Shown: positions 25,521-36,055 of the stretch, one piece after another
Position numbering within the stretch: position 1 is the stretch's first letter
How the letters are laid out: the number at the start of each line of letters is the position of its first letter
NCBI GenBank assembly: GCA_905178155.1
Contig: CAJINV010000001.1
Span: 5,181,994-5,245,993, forward strand
Length of the DNA stretch: 64,000 nt
Direction of reading: 5' to 3'
Origin: Amoebophrya sp. A120
Taxonomy: Eukaryota; Protista; Dinoflagellata
The notes under the pieces: model-generated
Databases searched by the model: none
What the model saw: the letters and a program-made list of their open reading frames with translations, nothing else
Told to the model about the DNA's origin: nothing
Translations under genes and position numbers: made by a program

Positions 25521-25902
25521 TCGTATTACATGACTGCTTCAGCTTTTTTTTTCGTTTTCTTTTTCAATAGTTCCGCTTTCGACTACAAGCACAGGTCGAT
25601 TTATGTTTAGCATTACAAACACAACTACTACTGCAGTCAGAACTACTAGAAATAGAGTATGAATCTCGATCGAAACTAGTTCTACATTTGCAACTCGGCT
25701 TCACAATAGGACTACGAGTAGTGCCTCGAGTTTGAAACTGACAATGAACGCGAAGAAGATGAAGCTCGGCACCAAGATCCAGATGAAGTTGAAGAACAAG
25801 AACTGCTACTGGTAGTCGTAGTGGTACTGCGTGGCAAAGTAAAAGTATAAGTAAAGTAACACGGTATAATAGTAAATGTAAAAGTAAAACTAAAAATGAA
25901 AA

Positions 25903-27639
25903 TCAGGCACCACTCAAGGATGGGAGCAGGGTTTCCACCTTCTTCTTTACCGCCTTGCTGCTTTTGCCCGCCACCGGTTGAGACTGTTTTTTCTCCGCCT
26001 GCTTCAAGACGGATTTACTCGGCAACTGCTTCAACAAGGTAGACTTGGACGCGCGCACGCCACGTGCTGCTGAACTGCCGACGGCTGCGCTTCCCGAACT
26101 ACTACTGGAGCTGCTGCTCGACCCCGCGGTCGGTGGATCCGGGGGAAGATACTCCGCTTCGAAGTCGAAGTCGTCGAACGTATTCATATCACTATCCGCA
26201 GGCGAGATGGATGGCGCCGCTTGATTTCGCAGAAACTCGTGGTCAGTAGCACGAATGCTTTGCTCTCCCGATACCAAGTCACCGGACCCGAGAGAACTTG
26301 CTGGCAGCAGATGGCGCACAGCCGCCCCTAACTGTGCCAAGGCGCCAGAAGATGAGAAGCCGCCCACGTTCACGTTCTGGCTGCTGTTGATTTTGGAAGC
26401 GGTGCTGTTATTGTTCTTGTTCTTCGACGTACCAGGGGCAGCACCATTACACTTCGCATCACCGGCGGTGGAGATGCCGCTTGACAATAAGAACGAAACC
26501 AACCGGTTGCGGGCAGCAATCCGTCCGGCGTCGAAATACTTCAGCTCCGACCGAACTGCCTCCTTTCGCTCCTGGTCCGCTTCTTTGTTCCTGTCCTTCT
26601 CATCTTTCTGGGCGATAATTTTTGCTGCTTTCCTCGATATGCCGCCGGCTGCTACCTTCACATCATCACCGAACAGCTGGCTGCGATGATGATGGAACTG
26701 GTCGTCGTCCAGGTTGTAGTCGCCACCGTCGGGCAGCACCAAAGGAGCGTCATCTTCGGAAAGTCCCGCGTCGGTTATCTCAACCTCTTCGGCAATTTCC
26801 CGCATGACCCGCACCCGCCCGTTGCCCTGTTTCTTCACGATCGTTTCGTCGGCAAGAATATCGTCCTCCTCGTCCTCTGCCTCAGACTCGGAAACCTCAG
26901 CGTGGCGGTGGATGACGACTTTTTTCTTCCGGCGCGGGAGATTGAAGCAGGACTTGGAACTGCTCCGCTGCGCGTGATCAACGCGTAGCTCCGCCTGCCC
27001 TTGGGTAATCTTTTTGAACCGGGAGAAGAGGCCGGCACTGCTGGCGATTTTGAAGGTCTTGTTCCGCGCCTTTGCGGTTCCGCCTAAACTTTTCCCCAGT
27101 GCGAACCACTTGTACTCCTTCTTCCGGGTCGACTTTAGGTGCTCGAAGTTGTTGTCCTTCTTCTCGGGGTTGTTGAAGTACTTTTCTGGGTTCAGCGCCA
27201 AGTCCTGCGCAGCATCCAGCGAACCAGACGCACTACTACCTCCTGTCTCACTTTCCGCAGCTGGTGCTGCGTTCGGATTGGGTTTTGCGACGATCTTCCG
27301 CGTAGCAGCGTCGCCGCGGTCGATCGGCGCATTGAACCGGTCACACTGGTCTCGCACAAACTGTTCCCAAGCTGCCTCGCCTTCGACCACGCGGTCGGCC
27401 TTGAACGCGGAGAACCGCTTCCGCAAAGTATCCGACGTTGGCACGAGGGAAACGTTCTTGCTCTTCCTATTGCGTTTCAGAAACGCGCCGGAAGTAGTGT
27501 TGCTGTTCTTGTCATTCGGGTCGAAATAAGCTTCAAGAAGCCTCTGCAAGTTGGAGTATTGTTTGCCCGAAGCGCCAACTTGTTCACCAAAAAACCCGGC
27601 GTCTGCCCCGTCGCCCTTCTCGGCTGCACGTCGTGGCAT
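25903..27639 (-). CDS. Hypothetical basic, low-complexity protein (~578 aa from ATG MPRRAAEK)
   Basis: Long uninterrupted ORF with NLS-like stretches (PRRKKK, KRNRKSK) and acidic tracts; lies directly upstream of transposase A. Confidence 0.65.
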   Translation of the reverse strand: MPRRAAEKGDGADAGFFGEQVGASGKQYSNLQRLLEAYFDPNDKNSNTTSGAFLKRNRKSKNVSLVPTSDTLRKRFSAFKADRVVEGEAAWEQFVRDQCDRFNAPIDRGDAATRKIVAKPNPNAAPAAESETGGSSASGSLDAAQDLALNPEKYFNNPEKKDNNFEHLKSTRKKEYKWFALGKSLGGTAKARNKTFKIASSAGLFSRFKKITQGQAELRVDHAQRSSSKSCFNLPRRKKKVVIHRHAEVSESEAEDEEDDILADETIVKKQGNGRVRVMREIAEEVEITDAGLSEDDAPLVLPDGGDYNLDDDQFHHHRSQLFGDDVKVAAGGISRKAAKIIAQKDEKDRNKEADQERKEAVRSELKYFDAGRIAARNRLVSFLLSSGISTAGDAKCNGAAPGTSKNKNNNSTASKINSSQNVNVGGFSSSGALAQLGAAVRHLLPASSLGSGDLVSGEQSIRATDHEFLRNQAAPSISPADSDMNTFDDFDFEAEYLPPDPPTAGSSSSSSSSSGSAAVGSSAARGVRASKSTLLKQLPSKSVLKQAEKKQSQPVAGKSSKAVKKKVETLLPSLSGA

Positions 27640-29162
27640 CCTGGACCAACACGTGTGGAAAATTTGAACAAGAGCTGCTATTCCGCCGACAGTTGCAGCA
27701 ATGACGAAAGAGACCACGCAACCCCCCACCTAAGCGGGTGCCAGCTCATCACAACCTCGGAAGGACATCACGACCATTGATTGTTGCATTTGATGCTCTG
27801 GCAGTTCTATCCGAGAAAGAAAAGAAAAGCAGTAGTAGACGGAGGAAAACTAGGAAGGTGTTTTTACTTTTTGTTTTTCTTCGGCTCATCAAAAAGATCA
27901 AGATGTGTACTAATTTTACTGCTTGTCAAAGATGAGAGCTTCGCTTCTTAGTTTCCTTCTTTTCAGCGTGAGAATGCTTCTGAAATACTAATACAAATAT
28001 TGCAGTCTGATGCCCCTTGACATCTCTGATAAACTTCTGGCTACATATGAGAAAACCACGTCAGAGTCAAAATCTAAACCACTAACACAGGGCCCACGTC
28101 TCACGATGCCCAACAGCTGCGCAACGATAGCTTCCCCCCAACGACACGATGCTGAGATTTGTCGCTACTTGTACGCGCACGGCTACACGGATGCTTTCAC
28201 ACACACGTCGAAATCGACTCCGAGGACCACGACAGCTGAGCTTCAACTTAGTCTTTATTTGAAAGTCTGGCATTGCGGAACGACGACCCAGTAGATGAGC
28301 TTGCGACTTTGACGCACACATTTACGACGACGCCCCACGATCAAAACGATACGAACGAAATTGGTCACAATGCTGCTCGTTCCCCTCCAATCAACACACG
28401 AAAAGCAGCCGCTTCACAAAAATCATAAGAACTACGTCGAGATGTGGATCACACACGAGCTCGAGACTCGCGCTGTGGTTGTGGCTTTAAGATTTTTTCA
28501 TAGTGGTCTGCTTTTCAGCGTTCCGTAAGCGAACACCGGCAAAATAAAAAACATAAAGGCCCACGAAGCACGGCTCAGAGCTACTCACTACTTGCTGTAA
28601 TTTTTGTAATGCATGTGAAAGGGGGTCGAGCTGTGCACTTTCAAAAACATTCTGTCATTGTAGAAGCTCAGAATAGCTTCAAACTCTCGATATGTTTTTC
28701 TCGGCTGCTGGCAATGAAGATCTTGTTTTTTGCCATCCACGAAAATCAACTTTCGCCACCGCAATGTAGTACGTGAAGCGACATCATGTGCGAGACCACA
28801 CAAATGATCGCTTGCTTTAACACATGTAGCGCGATCTAGATCAACAAAACCACGTCGCCAGGATCATGCGCCTCAAGATCTTTCTGCGGCGAACACATCG
28901 AAAACGCGACGATCAAATAGCAGCTTCTTCTCTTGCTATCGAGACCGCAACTGACCGAACCAATGAGGAGACGGAAGGAAAAGAAACAGAAACGAAACGA
29001 AGACGAAGGGATGGAGCTGCCAAACGGAAACCGACCTTAAAAAATGCATAGTTAAATCTAGCTATTTTTATAGCTATAAAATCCGGAATTAATAAGGTTT
29101 TGTCCGTCCATAACCAATCATGAAGACAAGAGACAAGAGTATAATACGCTACTAGAGAAATA

Positions 29163-30406
29163 ATCCTAGTACCTTGGAAACCCGGGGATGTAGGCTGTGT
29201 TGGATTGCGGGGGTGCGGGAGGGGGGGGGCAAGGGCCCCCCGCTCATAAACATGACTGCCCCGGGTAGCCTAAAAACAAGGGAAGGGCATGCCACTTCGT
29301 AATGTGGGGCGGGGGGGTGCGGGGGGGGCAAGGGCCCCCCGCTCATAAACGTGCCGCTTCCTATTGAAAGTCCCACTGTTTGGATTTTGCTACAACGTCG
29401 GCTGATCGCGCGCGCCCGCGGGCAACGCGGTCAACCAACGGAGACAGAAAGCGGCGATAGTAACCACGAGCGCTGCACGGGGAAGGCGTGCCACGATGAC
29501 ACAGATGGAAACCTTCTACAATACCTTCCGACCATCCTCCTAGAAAATCCCTGCCCCCGGGTAGCCAGAATAGGAATAGCTGTGCGAAACGCAGCAACTC
29601 GGAAAAAAAAGCCAAGCTCTGCCATTCCTTCCCAATACCTTGGGAACCACCTCCTGGCTTGCCTATTTACGAAAGTGCTGCGCCCCGGCATTTTTTCCCT
29701 CCTAGCCGAGGCCCGGGGCCGCCTCGCCCTCGCTGCTTGGCCCGGCGGGCGTTTCTTTTAGGCACAGCCATTGATTGGCGCGCTAGCGCTTCCCCTGGAG
29801 CACCGTGCTCGCCCCTTGGCCCTGTAGCTGCCCTCCGGTGGCCTGACCCATCCTGCCCTCATGCGGGGAAGGGCGGCGGCCGCCTTCTTCCAAAAGATAG
29901 AAAGATTGGCTCCAGGAGTGCGTCGCCGCGGTCTCCTGGGCGGGCGGCGGACAGCAGCGGGCCTCGGCATAGTCGCCGCAAAATAGCGGCAGCATGCCCT
30001 GAGTAGATAACTACGGCCGCGATTTTGGCAGCTACCTCCTTGCACTTGCGCGGCCGCCTGCGTGTCTGTTTATAGTTAGCCCGCGGACCCTTACTTCACC
30101 GCCTTGGCACACAGTCAGAAGAAAAAAAAAGCGCTTCCAAAATGTCGCGCTTTTCGTGGTTTTTGATCGTTCCCTACAGCTCGACCCCAATCTTTTGGGC
30201 CGACTGCAGTGGGTATTCGCAAATAGGAAAGAAGGCCACTCTGAAAGCCCTAGGGGCTTGCTCCAGGTTGAGCCGCAATTTTTGATGCTGTTTAAGGGTC
30301 TCAGAACTTTCCTCTACAGCCTTTGAGTCAAGTTCGTATCATTCTATAGTCTATAAAACTATCCTAATACCTTGGAAACCCGGGGATGTAGGCTGTGTTG
30401 GATTGC
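29163..30406. mobile_element. ~1.15-kb GC-rich insertion flanked by a 46-bp direct repeat
   Basis: ATCCTA(G/A)TACCTTGGAAACCCGGGGATGTAGGCTGTGTTGGATTGC at 29163-29208 and 30361-30406 (45/46 identical). Confidence 0.75.
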
Positions 30407-33400
30407 ACGGCGAACATCATACCGATGAGCAAGCCAACGGAGGAGAAGATCTTCGAGGCCATCCTGACCTGGAAGCGCACGAAGATTTCGCGCTGCCAGA
30501 ACTCCAACACCGGCATGACCGCCTCCATATCCTGCTCGCTGCAGGAAAACAGGGATCGCTCGCTGACAAAGTTAACGGTCTGGTCGAGTTTGGTCAGCAC
30601 TGGCACGTTGTCCGCGATCATGCGCGTGTTGGCAAACGTCAGTGCTCGCTTGTACTTGATGTCTTCGCGGCTGCCGGCTCGGTCCAGTTTCTGGCTCATC
30701 GTCGTCCCGAGCATCTGGCTCATCGACACGCTGGCCCGGCGCGTGCTGCCGCCCCCGGGGGAGCTGCCGGTCGCGGGGGAATGCATGGCCTGCGAGGCGG
30801 CGATGTTTTGCAGAGGCTGCTCCGCGGGGGTGGCTTGCTGCAGGCTGGTTGACCCGAGGTGCGTCGAGGCGCGGTCGCCCTTGCCCCGCACGCTCACGCG
30901 ACTGGCGTGAATCTGTCGTCCCTCCAGGACAGCTTCGCAATCGATCTGCACCCACCAGCATATGATGCTGTCGAAGCCCAGTCGGTTCAACTGCAGGGTT
31001 GAACGGAAAATTGAAATTTTCTTTTTCGACATCTTTGACAAAACTTTTTTAATACCGATTCCTCCGGTGGGAAGCTGCACTTCGTCAAGTTTCTGTTTCT
31101 TTGTTCCAGTGTCAATGTCAAACCCAAGTGTGCATTAAACTATTCTTTTCAGATAACCAGAAAGAGATGAAACACCTAGAAATAAAACAGAAAAACATAG
31201 TACAGCGCTCCAGAATCGGTTGGCGGTAACCACTAGTTTTTCCTTGCTCGAGATCTCCATGTCATCAACCGCAACGTCACTACTCTGGTCCAGACGCATG
31301 AGGAATACCTGCAGGCTCTCCTGGTACTTGAACCCGAAGTGGAAGAAGTCGGTGCTGTTGTATATCGTGCAATGTCTCTTGATGCATACAGATACAGATC
31401 CTAGATAAAACATCATTGCAAAATTGGTATCGGGTATTCAAGCAAGAGCTGCAAAAAGAACAACTATACTGCTTGGGCTCAAGCTCAACGTCAACCAGTG
31501 AAAAAATGAATACAAGACATCCCTGATGAGGCACAGGAAGAAGGCGATCGGACTCATTCGGAGCAGGAGCGCGCGGCCGTAGCAGAAGCGGCACTATCAA
31601 ATGCAAAAGTGTCTGGGTCTGGAAGAGTGCAAGTTTGTCATGCTTGTCTGGCATGACTCGAGAATCTGTGTTGCATAGGCACGAAAAAGCCCTCTTACCT
31701 GTCATGCAAAAACGCAGCTTGCAATGCGGAAGACGTAAGACATGGCAGCCAAAAAATGTGTCATGCATAGCTGCGTCTCGCAGTGCGTCCATCATTCACT
31801 TTTAGCATTACAAGTTTCCAGACCCAGACATATTTACAATCCATAGGTACATGTCCAAGACGACGTTGAAACAGGCTCGTGCGCAGGCGAGAAAGGCCAC
31901 TCGCGCGCGGCGAGTCCGGATGTCGGAGCGCACATCGTCCACGAGCCGCATGTACTGTCTGGCAATGACGCGTATCAAATGTAAAAATGTCTGGGTCTGG
32001 AAGATTCTGAGATTTGTCATGCATGTTTTGCATGACCCAGGATGTCTGTAATGCACGACCGCGCATCACAGATTTTGAGCGGGCTTCCTGATGCCTACTC
32101 CGCATGACAAACGCCCTCCCCGCGTAGCACAAACTAGACTCCTCGTCTTGCTGGTCATGCAATACAGATTTTTGTTTTTCTAGAGTCCAAAGTTAGCATC
32201 ACAAGTTCCAATCTTCCAGACCCAGACACTTTTACATTTGATAACGCGGGCACCGATGGGGATGTAGAGGGAAAACAGCACCGTGGCTGCGACCAGGTCT
32301 AGCACCGTGTTGTACATCAAGCCTTTCTGTGGTGTCGTTTTGATACAGAGTGAATGAAACAAGTTTTCTAACTTGCCGAGTTTGAAGTACTTCTTTAGAA
32401 AATGCAAAAAATGCAAATAAGACGAATCAATAAACAAAAAGATGCTTTACGTCTTCCTTTTCTGCGTCTCTGCTCATTGGCAGCCATACACTCTCAACCA
32501 TGTAGACTCCGAAGAGAAAGTAGATGCCGAAGAGCAGAATGTAAAAGCTGGCACGAAAAATCCTTTTCCACATGCCAGGCGGCGGTCGGCACCCCCAGGA
32601 GCAGCCAGCGACGGCGGAAAAGGCCAATGGAAGTGCGGCTGTGCAGGCTGCTCGGAAGGACACCTATTTGTAGTTTCATACATCATCTTCGAGTCTAGGT
32701 TACTGTCGCGGCAATAGCTTCCATCTCAACTAGAAGGCCTCCTTGCCGAAGGAATGGGCCCAAGACCCAAAAAAACAGAAGAGCGATCTTAGTCTTTGTC
32801 ATTGTCTTTACTTACACAACAACTTCATGAAAAATTAGTACCTGCTCATCGTATTTGTCGTTGGTCCAGAACGTGTAGAAACCCATGGAGAAAGCGATGG
32901 GCTGAATCAGGAGGAAGAGCGCGCGCCACACCCAGAAGGTCTCCCGGGGCATGACACGCCAAATCTTCAAGAGGATCCAGATTCCGGCGTAGTTCAGAAA
33001 GAAGAGCATCAACCCACTCTCCCACACCGTGGCGGACAAAACGCTCGCAAAGACGAACCGGAACTCCTCAATCGTCTCCAACTCCTTCACGTCGCAACGG
33101 CCGTCCGTCCGTATGAACCCACTTCTTGCCTCGTGCCACCCGCAGGTTGGGTCCGCCTTGCACTGGCTCGCAGCGTTCGGTAGGTTGTTTTTCAGTCGGC
33201 ATGCTGTTGTCGTGGAGGAGTTCAGTCTGGGAGAATTCGCAATAAACTGAAGTACAGGAGGTCGTAAACGTGAAACTGAAACAACGGTGGAGACGACTAA
33301 AGCTAACCCCGGACTCAGCTCTTGCATCGCATCAAAACACATGCTCCTGCCTATGTGCGTGGAGCGAAGTACGTTGACCGAAGGATTTACTCCATAGCAA

Positions 33401-35511
33401 GGAAAAACACGCTGACGCTGAGCGTCATTCGTTACCATCTGATTTTGCCAACATGGCCGGGTCGTTTTCTCTGTAGGCATAAATCATATCGGCGGTATCA
33501 TAGAAGCATCCGCCAGTTGCCCGAAAGCTCATCCAAGCAATGAAAATCAACAGCGGTGGCACCTTTTTGTATACGTTGTTTTTGTTTTTCAATGCTGCTC
33601 ATTCTTCAAGTATGTCCACAGCTGCCAGCGCTACGGCAGCTATGCAATCTATCACCATTACCATAATTACAGACCGCCAGCTGACCAAGTAGAAGTGCTC
33701 AATACCAGCAACCGGATAATGTGTTGGACGAATTCTGCACGGGGATCTTGCCATGTTTTCTGCTTACAACATGGCGAGGCAATTCCCACGAAATCCATCC
33801 GATTCCCACGAACAAATACCCACCTCTTCGGGACGTAGCTCCTAGGTCGCTACTGCAAGAAAAAGCAGACTCGCTGTCCGTCCTCCATTCCAGGCCAACG
33901 AAATGTATGCCCACAGGCCCAACTACCATGCCTGTTCTAATTCCTAGCCCAGCCTCTGCGACATAGCTACTCAGTGTCTCCCTTACCTTGCGGGCCCAAT
34001 CCTCCGCTGATATCGATCCAAGTGGCCCCAAACGACCACACAGATTAACATTAAACTCTGCTCTGATCCCTGTTAAGCCACCGGAGCGGACAAGATCAAA
34101 GCCTACCTGAGGCACCTCTCCTGGCAATTCACTGAGGATGGGTCAAGACCACTAGCCCACCTGCGAAGCCCTTGCTTTACTCGTGTGTGCGCCCGGCACT
34201 GCAAGACGAGAAATATCAGCACCCACTGTGTCCGTGCCTCCATCCTAGTGGGGGGAAGATAAAAGGAAAAGAAGTAATAAAGTAAAAGCGTCACGCTTTC
34301 CTCCTAGCCATGCCATGCCAGACCTCCGTGATCCTGTCTCCTTGACCTTGTCCTAGCCGTACCAGTATCCATAAGCAACAAAATGATAAAAGCCCCGCGC
34401 AGGCGCCTACGAGCCATACCATGCCCCTGGGCTCTGATGCCCTGCTCCTCGAAACCGAGCTGCCTACTGCGTTTTCTCAAGCAAACTTTAGCGATCCCGA
34501 CCCCCAGTCTCCTCCTCAGGACCGGGTCCAATCGTCGCCCCACGCGCCAGCTATTACCGTAGCCATGCCTACTTCGGCCCCCAGTCAACCTAGACTGGGT
34601 CCAGCCAATCGAAAGAAAATTACCATGGCACGACCCCCGCCTCGAATGCGGGTCCAGTCGTGCTGCCGTGCATTGGCTCACCAGGGATCTGCATCTGCCA
34701 GCCCTTTCTACATAATTCTAGCACTTTCCGTCACTTACTCGAAAATGATGCACCGAGGTGCATCCGTACTTATTACTTAATACCAGCAACCGGATAATGT
34801 GTTGGACGAATTCTGCACGGGGGTCTTGCCATGTTTTCTGCTTCATGAAGAAACTTTGCGTCTTTGCAACTTTCCCCGTCGATAGAGCGTGGCCGCCGGT
34901 AAATATTGCGGAGCTACGCCCCCCGGTGGAGGCCTCCGACAGTACCCTGTTGACGCTGGCTATCGTAAGAAAAAACTGTTTGTTCACTGTAAAGATTTTG
35001 CAAGTTTTGCATTACAAATCCGCTACACATTACACAGAAAACTTGCCATGCGAGGATCCTAAGGGAAAACACCGATAAGAATCACTTGTCTTGCATGTGT
35101 AGCAAGACACACACTTCAGTGATGAATTTTTTGCATCACAAGTTCACAGTGAAACAGTTTTTTCTTGCGATACTGGCCGGCTGCATGGGGAGAGAAGACT
35201 CGATGTCTTTCAGATCCTGTTCTAGATCCGGATCATCCTCCTCGCTGGTGAGCAGGACCGGCCCTGCGTCCACCGGCTGTGGCGCCACCATACTATTGTA
35301 ACTTGAAATTTTCGACGTTCCACGGGGTAAAAATCACAGACTTCAGATAATACGACCAAACATTTATGCTCACTGCGCTACCCTGTATATGAAAGTGGGG
35401 CGTATGTTGGGGAGGCGGCCGTTTCAAAATTGGCTTAAGTTCTACTGTGCTGCAAGTGCAACTTGAAGTAAAAAACACAAAGAACCCCAACCACAAACGT
35501 GCCATTGGCAT
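30364..35511 (-). CDS. Multi-exon, multi-pass membrane protein with N-terminal signal peptide, function unknown
   Basis: Hydrophobic N-terminus (MPMARLWLGFFVFF), Cys-rich extracellular segment, several TM-like exons. Three introners splice out in frame. Ends NTAYIPGFPRY*. Confidence 0.65.
31595..31845. mobile_element. Introner, family 1 (GTCTGGGTCTGGAA TIR), 251 bp
   Basis: TATCAAATGCAAAAGTGTCTGGGTCTGGAA...TTCCAGACCCAGACATATTTACAATCCATA; flanks GGCAC/GGTAC. Splices to DMY-RFCYGRALLL. Confidence 0.9.
31973..32243. mobile_element. Introner, family 1, 271 bp
   Basis: 33-bp TIR with one mismatch; perfect 5-bp duplication ACGCG. Splices to IGARV-IARQY. Confidence 0.95.
33701..34843. mobile_element. 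~1.0-kb insertion flanked by a 65-bp direct repeat
   Basis: 33701-33765 and 34779-34843 are 64/65 identical. The repeat covers an exon end (KQKTWQDPRAEFVQHIIRLL) plus a putative GTATT donor. Confidence 0.75.
34961..35172. mobile_element. Introner, family 2 (TATCG(T/C)AAGAAAAAACTG TIR), 212 bp
   Basis: ~27-bp TIR; perfect duplication CTGGC. Splices to MQPAS-VNRVLSE. Confidence 0.92.
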
Positions 35512-36055
35512 TGCGGAGCCAAAAAAAAGCCAGGTATTAGAGAAACGTGAAAAAAAGAGGACAACGCGCCATTGCTTGGCGAATCTCTAGCCGCCCGGGG
35601 CGCTCGCAACAAAAAAAAATCACGGAATCTCTCTGACTTGCTTCACGCAGCAACCTCTCTCGATCTCACTGCGAAGTCAGTGGATTACTCCCCCAACCCG
35701 GAACTACCCACATGCCCTGCCCTGCAAGTGCAACCGGCACCGTGAAAAAAACTCTCTCGAGAAAACTGTTTTACAATGAGAATGAAGAATGTAGAACAAC
35801 AAAGTGTAGGTTGATCAACCTCAGAAAGTAGCACGCTTCTCGTAGCGTACAAAAAATTGCCATTCCTTCTAAGGGTAGAGTTCTTGGAGATGCGCGTTTG
35901 TGTCAAGGAAAAGGATGTTGACAACCATTCAGATTCCATTTCAGAGCCAAAGAACTTCTTATCTGGCAGGCTAATGTATGATGGGTAGAAGCATCATTTG
36001 TGCAAAAAAAGTTCAGCGATATCGTATCACGTGCGAGGACGATTTATCATGTGCA

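Noticed and set aside
29163-30406. Prophage or integrase element with attL/attR
   Set aside because: No integrase or viral ORF between or beside the repeats; kept only as a long-duplication insertion.
34431-34460. CTGATG...GAAA hammerhead ribozyme-like core in the 1-kb insert
   Set aside because: Core reads CTGATGC rather than CTGANGA, and stem II does not pair.
35515-35530. TTTTGGCTC upstream of an ATG as a dinoflagellate spliced-leader relic
   Set aside because: Only 9 nt match the leader; compatible with chance.
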